Shown here piece after piece: positions 29,230 to 37,404 of a DNA stretch of 64,000 nucleotides. Made by a program: the position numbers and the translations under genes. The notes below the pieces were generated by a model, which was not told the DNA's origin, searched no databases, and saw nothing but the letters and a program-made list of their open reading frames with translations. This stretch comes from Elusimicrobiota bacterium. GTDB taxonomy: Bacteria > Elusimicrobiota > Elusimicrobia > UBA1565 > UBA9628. Within the stretch, counting starts at the first letter, position 1; each line of letters opens with the position of its first letter. The DNA lies in assembly GCA_027451985.1 (NCBI GenBank), contig DAIDHS010000008.1:10840-74839 (forward strand), written 5' to 3'.

Positions 29230-29580
29230 GTGGCCATGGGACGCCGCTCCACTGCGGCCTCGGGGTCCGCGACCGCCGACGCCGTGTTCAAGGCCTTGGC
29301 CGACGCGGGGCGCCGCCGGCTCTTGGACCGCCTGCGCGTCAAGAGCGGCCGCACGCTTAACGAGCTCTGCGAGGGCATGAGGATGAGCCGCCAAGCGGTC
29401 ACCAAGCATCTCGTTCAGCTTGAAGAAGCCGATTTGGTCGTCAGCCGGCGGATGGGGCGGAAAAAACTGCACTATCTTAATCCCGTGCCCATTCACGACA
29501 TCGCCCGGCGCTGGATCCGCCCGTTCGAGAGCGGACGGCTTGCGGCGCTGCGGGAACTTAAGGATCAACTGGAGGGATAG
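29230..29580 (+). CDS. ArsR/SmtB-family transcriptional regulator. GTG at 29230 or ATG at 29236. Probably leaderless.
   Basis: ADAGRRRLLDRLRVKSGRTLNELCEGMRMSRQAVTKHLVQLEEADL HTH. A TTGACA-N18-TATACT promoter ends 1 nt before the GTG. Confidence 0.7.
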   Translation: MAMGRRSTAASGSATADAVFKALADAGRRRLLDRLRVKSGRTLNELCEGMRMSRQAVTKHLVQLEEADLVVSRRMGRKKLHYLNPVPIHDIARRWIRPFESGRLAALRELKDQLEG

Positions 29581-29582
29581 CC

Positions 29583-30071
29583 ATGGCCGAAACCTTCGTC
29601 TACGCGACGTACATCCGCACAACGCCGGAGAAGCTTTGGGAAGCCTTGACCAATGGCGACTTTAGCGAGAAGTATTGGATGGGCTTTCGCATCGAGGTCG
29701 AGCAGAAAGCTGGAGGACGCCTGCGTATCCTGCCGCCCAAGGGCATGGAGTGGCAAGGCGACCACGCGGGCGAAGTCTTGGCCTGCGAGCCCTGCCGCAA
29801 GCTGGTCTACACGTGGAATACGAAGCCTAAGGATGCCCCTGAAATCACCAAAAAGCGCAAGAGCCTTTCGCGCGTGACCTATGAGCTTACGCCCAACGGG
29901 GCCTTTGTGCGGCTGCGCCTCATTCATGAGAACCTGCTGCCGGAGGACATCGAGAAAAATCCCGATACCTTCCGCGGCGTCAACAACGGCTGGCCCGCGG
30001 TTTTGAGCAGCTTGAAGAGCCTCTTGGAGACCGGCGAAGCGCTGGTTCTGCGCTCCGACTGCGGCAAATAA
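29583..30071 (+). CDS. SRPBCC (Aha1-like) single-domain protein, co-operonic with the ArsR above (3-nt gap)
   Basis: YIRTTPEKLWEALTNGDFSEKYW matches the SRPBCC motif of the divergent tandem-SRPBCC gene. 162 aa. Confidence 0.65.
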   Translation: MAETFVYATYIRTTPEKLWEALTNGDFSEKYWMGFRIEVEQKAGGRLRILPPKGMEWQGDHAGEVLACEPCRKLVYTWNTKPKDAPEITKKRKSLSRVTYELTPNGAFVRLRLIHENLLPEDIEKNPDTFRGVNNGWPAVLSSLKSLLETGEALVLRSDCGK

Positions 30072-30175
30072 AAGGCGTCATCCCCCCGGCTTCATAATAT
30101 AAAGGAAGCGGATCGGGGGGGCTTGACGGCTTATGTTGTTTCTTATATACTTCAATTATCAAACTATTTGTAAAT

Positions 30176-30634
30176 ATGAATAAATCAGACGCCAACGATA
30201 AAGCGCGCCGCCTGGCCGAGGAGTTGCAAATCCTCCTGGACAACGCCGAAAACGCGGAGCGCGAAGCGCCGGATCTGGCGGAAAACCTCAGCCGGCAGGA
30301 ACTGCGCACGCTGCGGGCCGTGGGCCGGTGCGAATGTCCCATCATGAGCGGCATCGCCGCGGCGGTCCGCTTGTCGCTGAGCAGCGTTACCGGACTCATC
30401 GATAGGCTCTCTCAAAAAAATCTGGTTCGCCGCGACCGCTCGAACGACGACCGGCGCGTGGTCCAAGTGGTGCTGACCGAGGAGGGCCGCGCCGTTCACG
30501 AAGCGACCAGCGCCGCGCGCGCTGCCTTCGCGCAAAACGCCCTCAAGGCGCTTTCGCCCGCCGAGCAGGAGACGCTCACGGCCTTGCTCGGCAAAGTGTC
30601 CCGACGTCTTCAGGAGGAGGCGGGCCAAGGCTGA
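30176..30634 (+). CDS. MarR-family transcriptional regulator
   Basis: LSRQELRTLRAV...SVTGLIDRLSQKNLVRRDRSNDDRRVVQVVLTEEGRA is the MarR wHTH with the DDRR wing motif. 152 aa. Confidence 0.75.
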   Translation: MNKSDANDKARRLAEELQILLDNAENAEREAPDLAENLSRQELRTLRAVGRCECPIMSGIAAAVRLSLSSVTGLIDRLSQKNLVRRDRSNDDRRVVQVVLTEEGRAVHEATSAARAAFAQNALKALSPAEQETLTALLGKVSRRLQEEAGQG

Positions 30635-30658
30635 TTTTTTTTGCGGTTAATATTTTGA

Positions 30659-30675
30659 TTTCCGAAGTATTCGGA
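30659..30675. promoter_or_regulatory. 17-bp palindrome TTCCGAAgtaTTCGGAA between marR and the small Cys-rich gene. Candidate MarR operator.
   Basis: 7-bp perfect arms with a 3-nt spacer, about 25 nt upstream of the AGGAGA RBS of the 60-aa gene. Confidence 0.35.
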
Positions 30676-30700
30676 ATCAGAATTATCAAGGAGACATCAC

Positions 30701-30883
30701 ATGGAAGAAGAGGCAAAGAAGGACGGAAAGTGCTGTTCGAAGGGCGCGTGCTGCGGGTGCAAGGCGCTGGTCGCTTTGGCGCTCTTGGCCATCGGCGCGG
30801 TGGGCGGATATTTCTGCGGCCGCCACTGCGCGGCGTCGGCTCCGGCGCCAGCCGTCAGCGCACCCGCCAATCCCGCGAAATAG
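30701..30883 (+). CDS. Small (60 aa) Cys-rich membrane protein: N-terminal CCxxxxCCxC cluster, one transmembrane helix, and a short CxxxC-containing tail. Possible metal-binding peptide.
   Basis: MEEEAKKDGKCCSKGACCGCK followed by ALVALALLAIGAVGGYF and CGRHC. AGGAGA RBS 7 nt upstream. A strong rho-independent terminator follows immediately. Confidence 0.45.
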   Translation: MEEEAKKDGKCCSKGACCGCKALVALALLAIGAVGGYFCGRHCAASAPAPAVSAPANPAK

Positions 30884-30901
30884 CCGGTCCGCGGACATCG
30901 G

Positions 30902-30946
30902 GCGTCCCCGCGTCCTTCGGGCGCGGGGACGCTCCTTTTTGGGGGA
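30902..30946 (+). terminator. Rho-independent terminator after the small Cys-rich gene
   Basis: 11-bp GC stem GCGTCCCCGCG / CGCGGGGACGC with loop tccttcggg, followed by CTCCTTTTT. Confidence 0.6.
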
Positions 30947-31207
30947 ATATGATATGCGGCCGGCGTGAAAATTTGGGATATCGCTCCGGAGCGGCTTTTG
31001 CCTGCGGGAAGAAAGGTTATTCCCGCCATTCCAAGACGCGCGCTGGGAGGAGGTGGCGCGCGCTCTATTCTCGCCACGAGCGCCTCATCGTCGAGACGTA
31101 TCGGCGCGGTCGTCCAGCCGGCTTGCGTCGACTCCGTCGCCCGGCAGAAGCAAATTCTCCGGAAAAAATGCTGCTCCTGCGGGGCGGACTGAGGGTCCGG
31201 GCTTAAG

Positions 31208-31426
31208 CTATCGGAACTGGCAGCGCATTCCCGCCGGGTTCTCGGGCAGGAAGACGTGCGGCCGCGGCCTGGTCAGGCAGACGCGGCAATCTTCGCGTTT
31301 GGCCGGATCGAAGAGCCGATGGTTGCAGCCGTAAACGCGGTAAATGGATCGGCCAGGGCCTGCGCACCCGGCGGCCAAGGCGGTCAGGGCGATAAAAAGT
31401 CCAGCCGCGGCGATTCTAAGCTTCAT
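31208..31426 (-). CDS. Small Cys-containing lipoprotein (72 aa)
   Basis: MKLRIAAAGLFIALTALAAGC is a lipobox signal peptide (LAAGC). 4 Cys in the mature part. AGGAGA RBS 6 nt upstream of the ATG at 31426. Confidence 0.45.
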   Translation of the reverse strand: MKLRIAAAGLFIALTALAAGCAGPGRSIYRVYGCNHRLFDPAKREDCRVCLTRPRPHVFLPENPAGMRCQFR

Positions 31427-31526
31427 GGTTTCTCCTGGCTGGGTCAAATGTCGAACTCCTGTTGCTAAGATTTGTTAATTTTGCCATAAATGGGAGTGTC
31501 GTTTATCGTTATTTTTGGAGGGCTTC

Positions 31527-31793
31527 ATGAACTCGAGAAAAATGACTCAAATCGCCGCGGCGGCGGCCGTCGGCATTCTGGTCGGAGCTACGGCCGTCTG
31601 CGCGGCCCGCTGGCCCCGCCATCCGAAGCTGACCCGAGCCTTCAACCAGCTGCAGCAGGCGCGGGCCGCTCTTGATCACGCGACGCACGACTGCGGCGGC
31701 CACCGCGTGGCTGCGATTAAGCTCATCGACCAGGCTTTGGGAGAAGTTCGTTCGTCCGTCGCGTACGCCAACGCCCATCCCGGCCGAAGATAG
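31527..31793 (+). CDS. Small secreted protein (88 aa) with a signal peptide and an HDCGGH motif. Unknown function.
   Basis: MNSRKMTQIAAAAAVGILVGATAVCAA signal peptide. GGAGGG RBS 6 nt before ATG 31527. Followed by a terminator hairpin. Confidence 0.4.
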   Translation: MNSRKMTQIAAAAAVGILVGATAVCAARWPRHPKLTRAFNQLQQARAALDHATHDCGGHRVAAIKLIDQALGEVRSSVAYANAHPGRR

Positions 31794-31825
31794 GCTAGAG
31801 AAGCGTCATCCGTTCCGGTCTGAAA

Positions 31826-31862
31826 GCGGGGGAACGCGAAAGCGTTCTCCCGCTCTTTATTA
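31826..31862 (+). terminator. Rho-independent terminator
   Basis: GCGGGGGAACGC-gaaa-GCGTTCTCCCGC stem with one G-U pair, followed by TCTTTATTAT. Confidence 0.5.
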
Positions 31863-31927
31863 TGCGTAGGAGCGGCCAAGCAGAAGCGTTGCGTTAACTA
31901 ATGGCAAAGACCTAAGGGGGGATTGCC

Positions 31928-32833
31928 ATGGCAAAGAACCACGTCCCACGCGTGCCGCCAAAAAAAATTTTAGTGCCGCTGGACGTCAGCGATGCGTCCG
32001 TGGCGGCGTGGAAGCAGGCCGTGATGTTGGGCCAGCGCTTCGCGGCCACGGTCGAGGGCCTCTACGTCCAGGAATGGCTCAACGCCGCCGTGGGCGTCGG
32101 CATGGGCCTGGGCCCCGAGCCGTTCCTGCCGCAAAAAGCCAAGAAGGAGGCCTTAAGTTTTCTCAAGGGGCGCCTGGGCCAAAACGCCGACATCCGCCTG
32201 GTCGAAGGTTCCGTCGAGGGGACCATCGTGTCCTGGGGGCGGCGCCAAGGTTTCGATCTCATCGTCATGGGCACGCACGGCTACACGGGCATCGAGCGGG
32301 CCATCAAAGGTTCGGTGGCCGAGGCGGTGACGCGCCGTTCGGACGTTCCCGTGCTGGTGGTCAAGAAGCCCGCCGCGAGCTTTAAGACCGTGCTCGCGCC
32401 GGTGAACCTGGCGCCCTACTCGCTCAAAGGATTGCGCTACGCGGCGGACATGGCGGCCGCCTTCGGCGCGCAGCTTAAAATCCTCCATGTCTTTGGCACG
32501 CCATTTCCGCCCAAGGCCGCCGCGGTCAAGGAGGCCAAGCACTTCCTGGAGAAGGCGGTTGAGAAATTGCCCGAGCCGCTGCGCCGCGCGACCGGCGCAA
32601 AGGCCCAGTTGGCCTTCGGCAGCGCGGCGGGGGAAATCGCCGCCGCGGGTCAGAAAGCGGACCTGGTCGTCCTGGCGGCGCACCGCAAGGGCTTTTTGAG
32701 CGAGGCCATTCTGGGGACGACGGTCGAGCGCGTTCTGCGCCACTGCGCCGCTCCCGTCTTGGCGGTTCCGACCGGCGGGGCGGAGGCTTCAGGAGCCGCG
32801 AAGCCCCGTCAGGGTCACTCGGCGAGGGCGTAG
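31928..32833 (+). CDS. Universal stress protein with tandem UspA domains
   Basis: Two repeats each ending in a GxxG...G(S/T) ATP-binding-like motif (IVMGTHGYTGIERAIKGSVAEAV and VVLAAHRKGFLSEAILGTTVERV). 301 aa. AAGGGGGG RBS. Confidence 0.8.
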   Translation: MAKNHVPRVPPKKILVPLDVSDASVAAWKQAVMLGQRFAATVEGLYVQEWLNAAVGVGMGLGPEPFLPQKAKKEALSFLKGRLGQNADIRLVEGSVEGTIVSWGRRQGFDLIVMGTHGYTGIERAIKGSVAEAVTRRSDVPVLVVKKPAASFKTVLAPVNLAPYSLKGLRYAADMAAAFGAQLKILHVFGTPFPPKAAAVKEAKHFLEKAVEKLPEPLRRATGAKAQLAFGSAAGEIAAAGQKADLVVLAAHRKGFLSEAILGTTVERVLRHCAAPVLAVPTGGAEASGAAKPRQGHSARA

Positions 32834-33354
32834 AGGCGGTTGTCCTCGACCTTGTACATCAGCGGCGCGACCGCGATTTTGGGGTAGCGCGCGCGCAGGC
32901 GCTTGGCCTCGGAGAGGACGAAGTCCGCCTCGTCGCCGATTTCGAACATCGGCGCGAAGTGCATGAAGTGGTGCTCCGCCGCCTCGCGGTCCCAGCCGGC
33001 GTCGCCGACCAAGCCCTCGATGAAGGCTTGGCGCTTGGACATGAGGTTGACCATGCCGCAGCGGGTGTGCCCCATGAGCGCGATGGCGCGCACGCCGCCC
33101 ACGGCCACGGCGTAGGACACCTTGAACTCGCTGTAGCGCAGGTTGGCCCCTCCGGCGCGGATGATGTAGGCGAAATTGTCTGGAATGCGCAGATGCTTGC
33201 GGTTGTCCATGCACATGCCGATGAGGAGTTCGGCCGTCTTGCATTCGCGCAGCGGGAAGCCCAGGTTGTGGAAGCGCAGCAGATCGCCGATGGGCCCCGC
33301 GGCGTAGGCGGCGGGGATGTCCGACTCGGCGTTGACGGGCTGCAGGGTCCGCAT
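32815..33354 (-). CDS. Beta-class carbonic-anhydrase-like protein
   Basis: CMDNR (CxDxR) and HTRCG (HxxCG) zinc-ligand motifs at the correct spacing. 179 aa. Overlaps the convergent usp 3' end by 19 nt. Confidence 0.55.
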   Translation of the reverse strand: MRTLQPVNAESDIPAAYAAGPIGDLLRFHNLGFPLRECKTAELLIGMCMDNRKHLRIPDNFAYIIRAGGANLRYSEFKVSYAVAVGGVRAIALMGHTRCGMVNLMSKRQAFIEGLVGDAGWDREAAEHHFMHFAPMFEIGDEADFVLSEAKRLRARYPKIAVAPLMYKVEDNRLYALAE

Positions 33355-33510
33355 GGGAAGAGTCTAGGATTTTTTTGGGCCGCGCGGCCCGCTCGCGGCT
33401 CCAAGAACCGGCCGCCCGCCAAGGCAGGCCCTTTTTTGCCTGCTGGATTCGCGGCCTTAAATAAAAGGCAGGACGCAGGCGCGCGCCTGCGATATAATAA
33501 TTGCAGGAAC

Positions 33511-34638
33511 ATGAAAAACCGTTTGCTGATCATCCTTTGCGTCGCGGCCCTGCTAGGCCTCTACGCCGGAATGAACGCCGCCGAGGCGGTTCCCGCGCAC
33601 CCGTGGGCGGCGCTGGCCTGCTCCGTGCTCATCCTGGCGCTCTTCATCGGCTGGCAGATTGCCTACCGCTATGAAATTCTTGGCGAGAACTCTTCGGGCG
33701 CGCGCGCTTTGGCTTGGGCCACGAGCGTCGGCATGGGCGCCTGGGCGACGTTTCTCATCCTCTCGGCCCTGGCCGGGGCCGCTGGATTTTTTCTCTCGGA
33801 GTTTGTCCGGGGCTCTCTGCTCGCGCGCGGCCTGCCCGAGGCCGCGCTGGCGGCGGCGCTGGTGTTGGCGCTCCTGGGCTTGGGGCAAGCCGTGGCCGGC
33901 CCGCGCATCGTTGAAGTCCAGATTCCGGTTCAAGGCTTGGCCGCCGGGCTTTCCGGCCTGCGCGTCGCGCAGATCAGCGATTTGCACGCTGGGCACACCA
34001 TAGAGCGGAGCTACGTGGAGGGCATCGTCCGGCGCGTCATGGGCTTAAAGCCAGATTTGATCGCCGTGACCGGGGACATCGCCGACGGCACCGTGGCGCA
34101 GCTCTCCCGCCGCGTCGGGCCCTTGGCGGATTTGCGCGCGCCTTTGGGCGTCTATTACGTGACCGGCAACCATGAGTATTACTGGAACGCTCTGGAGTGG
34201 GTTCAGAAAGCCCGGGAGCTGGGCTTTGCGCCGCTCTTAAACCAAGGGCGCGTACTGGAGCGAGGCGGAGCCAAGCTTTTCGTCGCCGGCGTGACCGACG
34301 ATTTCGGCGGCGCCTTCGTGCCCGGCCACGCGCCCGACATGGCCAAGGCATCCCGGGGCGGCGAGGCGTGCGACTTCAGGATTTTGCTGGCCCACCGCCC
34401 CGGAGCGGCCGCGCCCGCCGAGCGCGCGGGCTTCGATCTGCAACTCTCCGGCCACACGCACGGCGGGCAGTTCTTTCCCGCCAGCCTCTTCATCCGGTTA
34501 TTCCACCGCTACGCGCGCGGCCTCTCACGCCGCGGCCGGCTCTGGATCTATGTCAATCCCGGCACGGGCTACTGGGGCCCGGCGCACCGCTTCGCGGTGC
34601 CCGCCGAGATTACGCTTCTAACCTTGACGCAAGCCTGA
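33511..34638 (+). CDS. Membrane-anchored metallophosphoesterase (YkuE/YaeI-like). N-terminal transmembrane region plus calcineurin-like phosphoesterase domain.
   Basis: About 4 N-terminal transmembrane helices, then IAVTGDIADG, VTGNHEY and GHTHGGQ metallophosphoesterase motifs. ATG 33511 lies about 14 nt after a TATAAT. Confidence 0.7.
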   Translation: MKNRLLIILCVAALLGLYAGMNAAEAVPAHPWAALACSVLILALFIGWQIAYRYEILGENSSGARALAWATSVGMGAWATFLILSALAGAAGFFLSEFVRGSLLARGLPEAALAAALVLALLGLGQAVAGPRIVEVQIPVQGLAAGLSGLRVAQISDLHAGHTIERSYVEGIVRRVMGLKPDLIAVTGDIADGTVAQLSRRVGPLADLRAPLGVYYVTGNHEYYWNALEWVQKARELGFAPLLNQGRVLERGGAKLFVAGVTDDFGGAFVPGHAPDMAKASRGGEACDFRILLAHRPGAAAPAERAGFDLQLSGHTHGGQFFPASLFIRLFHRYARGLSRRGRLWIYVNPGTGYWGPAHRFAVPAEITLLTLTQA

Positions 34639-34658
34639 AAGGCCGGCGTTCCCGCCGG

Positions 34659-37301
34659 CTACCAGACCCGGCAGGCCTTGGCGCCGGCCACCATGGGCGA
34701 ATTGGCCGGGCAGCTGAAGGCTTGCTGGAACTGGGGCATGTTGCGCAGCACGCCGTTGACGCGCGCGGCGTTGGGCGAATGCGGGTCGGTGTTGGCCAGC
34801 ATCTTGGCCAGCTGCGGCGTATCGCTGCCGCACCAGAGCCTGGCGAAGCTCAGGAAGAAAACCTGGTCGTCGGTCCAATGCCCGGCTTGGCAAGGCGCGG
34901 CCTGGTGCTGATTTAAGGCATTCTGCAGGGTCATGTAGGCGATGCGCACGCCGCCGTTGTCGGCGGTGTTTTCTCCCAAGGTGAGCCGGCCGTTGACCAT
35001 GACGGGCTTCTTGGGGTTGCCGGGGTCCTGGGTGGCGACGAATTGGGAGTACTCGTTGACCAGGCACTGGGTGCGCTGATCGAAGGCGGCCTTGTCCTTG
35101 GGCGTCCACCAGTTGCGGCGGTTGCCGTGGCCGTCATATTGGCTGCCCTGGTCATCGAAGCCGTGGGTCATCTCATGGCCGATGACTGCACCGATGCCGC
35201 CTAAATTCTCGGCCAGGCAGGACTTGGCGTTGAAGAAGGGAGGCTGCAGGATGCCGGCCGGGAAATTGATGTTGTTCTGGGAGGGGTTGTAATAGGCGTT
35301 GACCGTGGGCGGCGTCATGCCCCACTTGCTGGTGTCGGTTTTCTGGCCGATTTCATCCACGCTTTGCGCCATGGCGAAAGCCGAGGCGTTTTCGACGTCG
35401 CCGACCAGGTCGCCGCGGCTGATGGAGAGCTTGGCGTAGCTCTGCCACTTGGAAGGATAGCCGATTTTGTTCTGCATCTCGGAGAGCTTCTTCAAGGCCG
35501 CGGCCTTGGTCTTGGCGCTCATCCAGGTGACGCCGCGGATGTTGCGGGCCATGGAAGCTTCCTCGGCGTGGACCATGCCCCCGGCGACCGCCATGCTTGA
35601 AGGCGGAAAGAACTTGTCCACGTAGGCGCGGCCCAGGGCGTCGCCCATCATGGAGTCGGCCATGGAGACGCAGCGCTTCCAGCGCGGGCCCATCTTCTGG
35701 GCGCCCGCGAGCACGCGGCCGTTGAAGTTGAAATTCTCGTTTACGAAATCCTTGGACAGGAGTCCCGCGAAGGAATTGACCACCTGCCAGCGCAGGTAGG
35801 ACTTCCAGGCGGAGAGCGGTTCGTAGCCGATGAGCGTGTTCAACCCCTGGAAAAATCCGGTGTCGGCGACGTTGACCTTGGAGAACGACGGTGCTTTGAC
35901 GCCGGAGAGGTAAGCCTTCCAGTCGAAGGCCGAAGCGCCCTTTTCGAAGGCGGAGAGCTTTTCCATGTGGTAGACGTTGGCCGGGTTGCGGCGGCTGACG
36001 TCGTCCATGGAGGCCTGGGCCAGCGCGGTCTCGATGGCCATCACCGAGGCCTCCTCGGCCGCGGCCTGCTTGGGCGTGTCGCCCAAAAGGACGAACATCT
36101 TGCGCACGTGAGCCTCGTAGGCCTTGCGCGTCTGGGCGAAGTCTCCGCTCAAATAGTAGCCGCGCTCGGGCAGCGTGTAGCCGCCCTGGTCAAGCACCGC
36201 GATCTGCCGGGAGGAATTCTTGTCGTCGGGGTTGGCGCCGAAGGAGAAAAGGGCCCCCACGCCGATGCCCTGCAGATGCGCGGCCTCCTCGGCCAGCTGG
36301 GACTTGCCGGTCAAAGCCGCGATGCGGTCGATCTCGGGCTTAAGCGGCGCGGCGCCCGCGGCGTTGGCGGCTTTTTGGTCCATGCAGGCGGCGTAGAAAT
36401 TGCCCAGTTTGGCCTGGTCCGGATCCTTGGGGTTCGGGTGGCTGGCGGCGGCCTCCAAAACTTGGCGCATGTCCGACTCGTTGCGCAGCATGAGGGCGTT
36501 GAAGGTGCCCCAACTGGACTGGTCCGCCGGAATGGGGTGCGCGGCATTCCAATTGCTGCAGGCGTACTGGTAGAAATTCACGCAGGGGTTGATGGCGGGG
36601 TTCACGATGGCGTCCCAATTGGGGTTGGCGGACGTGATGGGCGAAGGTTTGGGCTGCGGCGCGGGCGGCGTCTTGGCCGCTCCGGACTGGGACTGGGCGC
36701 CGTTTTGGGCCGGGGTCAAAGACGCCGCGGACGCGCCGAGCCGGGCGCTTGCGGCGACCGCAACGCTAACGGCTCCCGAGCGCGCGGCGGAGCCGTCGAA
36801 GGCCGCGGCGGCGGCGGACGGATCGGCCAGGGCTCCCGAGAGAAGGGCCAACTGCGCCTGGAAGCGCTTCAAAAGAGTTTTCTTGTCCAGATGAGAGGCG
36901 GCCAGTTGGGCCGCGACGCCGTTGAGATAGGCGGAAACGTTTTTAGAGTCGCGGGCGGCGTCGGTCGATCCGAGCCAAGCCCCGAAAGTACGGGGATTGA
37001 GCGGGGGATTGAGCTTGACCGCCGGATCGGAGAGCACGGCGTTGACCCCGGAAAAACCGCGGACGGAGGACAGGCGCTTGGCCAGGGCCAAAACGCCTTG
37101 CTTGCGCTCCGGAGCCTGCGCGCGGGCTTGCGCGGCCACGGCGGGATTCTTGAGCGCTTGGGCGCAGTCGGCTTTTGATACGGCCCGCACGTCCAAAAGG
37201 TAGCTGCAGAGGTCCTTCTTGCTAAGAGCGTTGGGCGCGCTTTGAGCCTGCGCCGCCAGGGGGATGAACGCCGCGAGAGCCGCCGCCAAGCTGAGTTTCA
37301 T
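34659..37301 (-). CDS. M13-family zinc metallopeptidase (neprilysin/PepO-like) with a ~300-aa Ala-rich N-terminal extension after the signal peptide
   Basis: VIGHEMTHGFD is the HExxH motif. GENTADNGG matches the ENIADNGG motif. NAYYNPSQNNINFPAGILQ region. Signal peptide MKLSLAAALAAFIPLAAQA. GAGGAAG RBS. Confidence 0.8.
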   Translation of the reverse strand: MKLSLAAALAAFIPLAAQAQSAPNALSKKDLCSYLLDVRAVSKADCAQALKNPAVAAQARAQAPERKQGVLALAKRLSSVRGFSGVNAVLSDPAVKLNPPLNPRTFGAWLGSTDAARDSKNVSAYLNGVAAQLAASHLDKKTLLKRFQAQLALLSGALADPSAAAAAFDGSAARSGAVSVAVAASARLGASAASLTPAQNGAQSQSGAAKTPPAPQPKPSPITSANPNWDAIVNPAINPCVNFYQYACSNWNAAHPIPADQSSWGTFNALMLRNESDMRQVLEAAASHPNPKDPDQAKLGNFYAACMDQKAANAAGAAPLKPEIDRIAALTGKSQLAEEAAHLQGIGVGALFSFGANPDDKNSSRQIAVLDQGGYTLPERGYYLSGDFAQTRKAYEAHVRKMFVLLGDTPKQAAAEEASVMAIETALAQASMDDVSRRNPANVYHMEKLSAFEKGASAFDWKAYLSGVKAPSFSKVNVADTGFFQGLNTLIGYEPLSAWKSYLRWQVVNSFAGLLSKDFVNENFNFNGRVLAGAQKMGPRWKRCVSMADSMMGDALGRAYVDKFFPPSSMAVAGGMVHAEEASMARNIRGVTWMSAKTKAAALKKLSEMQNKIGYPSKWQSYAKLSISRGDLVGDVENASAFAMAQSVDEIGQKTDTSKWGMTPPTVNAYYNPSQNNINFPAGILQPPFFNAKSCLAENLGGIGAVIGHEMTHGFDDQGSQYDGHGNRRNWWTPKDKAAFDQRTQCLVNEYSQFVATQDPGNPKKPVMVNGRLTLGENTADNGGVRIAYMTLQNALNQHQAAPCQAGHWTDDQVFFLSFARLWCGSDTPQLAKMLANTDPHSPNAARVNGVLRNMPQFQQAFSCPANSPMVAGAKACRVW

Positions 37302-37404
37302 TCGCTTCCTCGTTCCGACGAATTGGGATTTTGAGCTCCTATTATAAAGGAAGCGCCGGATTGAGTCTTGAGGCGAAAGTCCCAAAAAGCCCCGGTCTTT
37401 GGGC

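Noticed and set aside
30947-31207. 260-bp non-coding stretch between convergent small-protein genes containing several GC hairpins (GCGGGAA...TTCCCGC, GCGCGCGCT...GCGCGCGC). Possible sRNA.
   Set aside because: The hairpins are generic GC palindromes without an accompanying promoter or terminator. They are more likely 3'-UTR or terminator structures. No conserved ncRNA family was recognisable.
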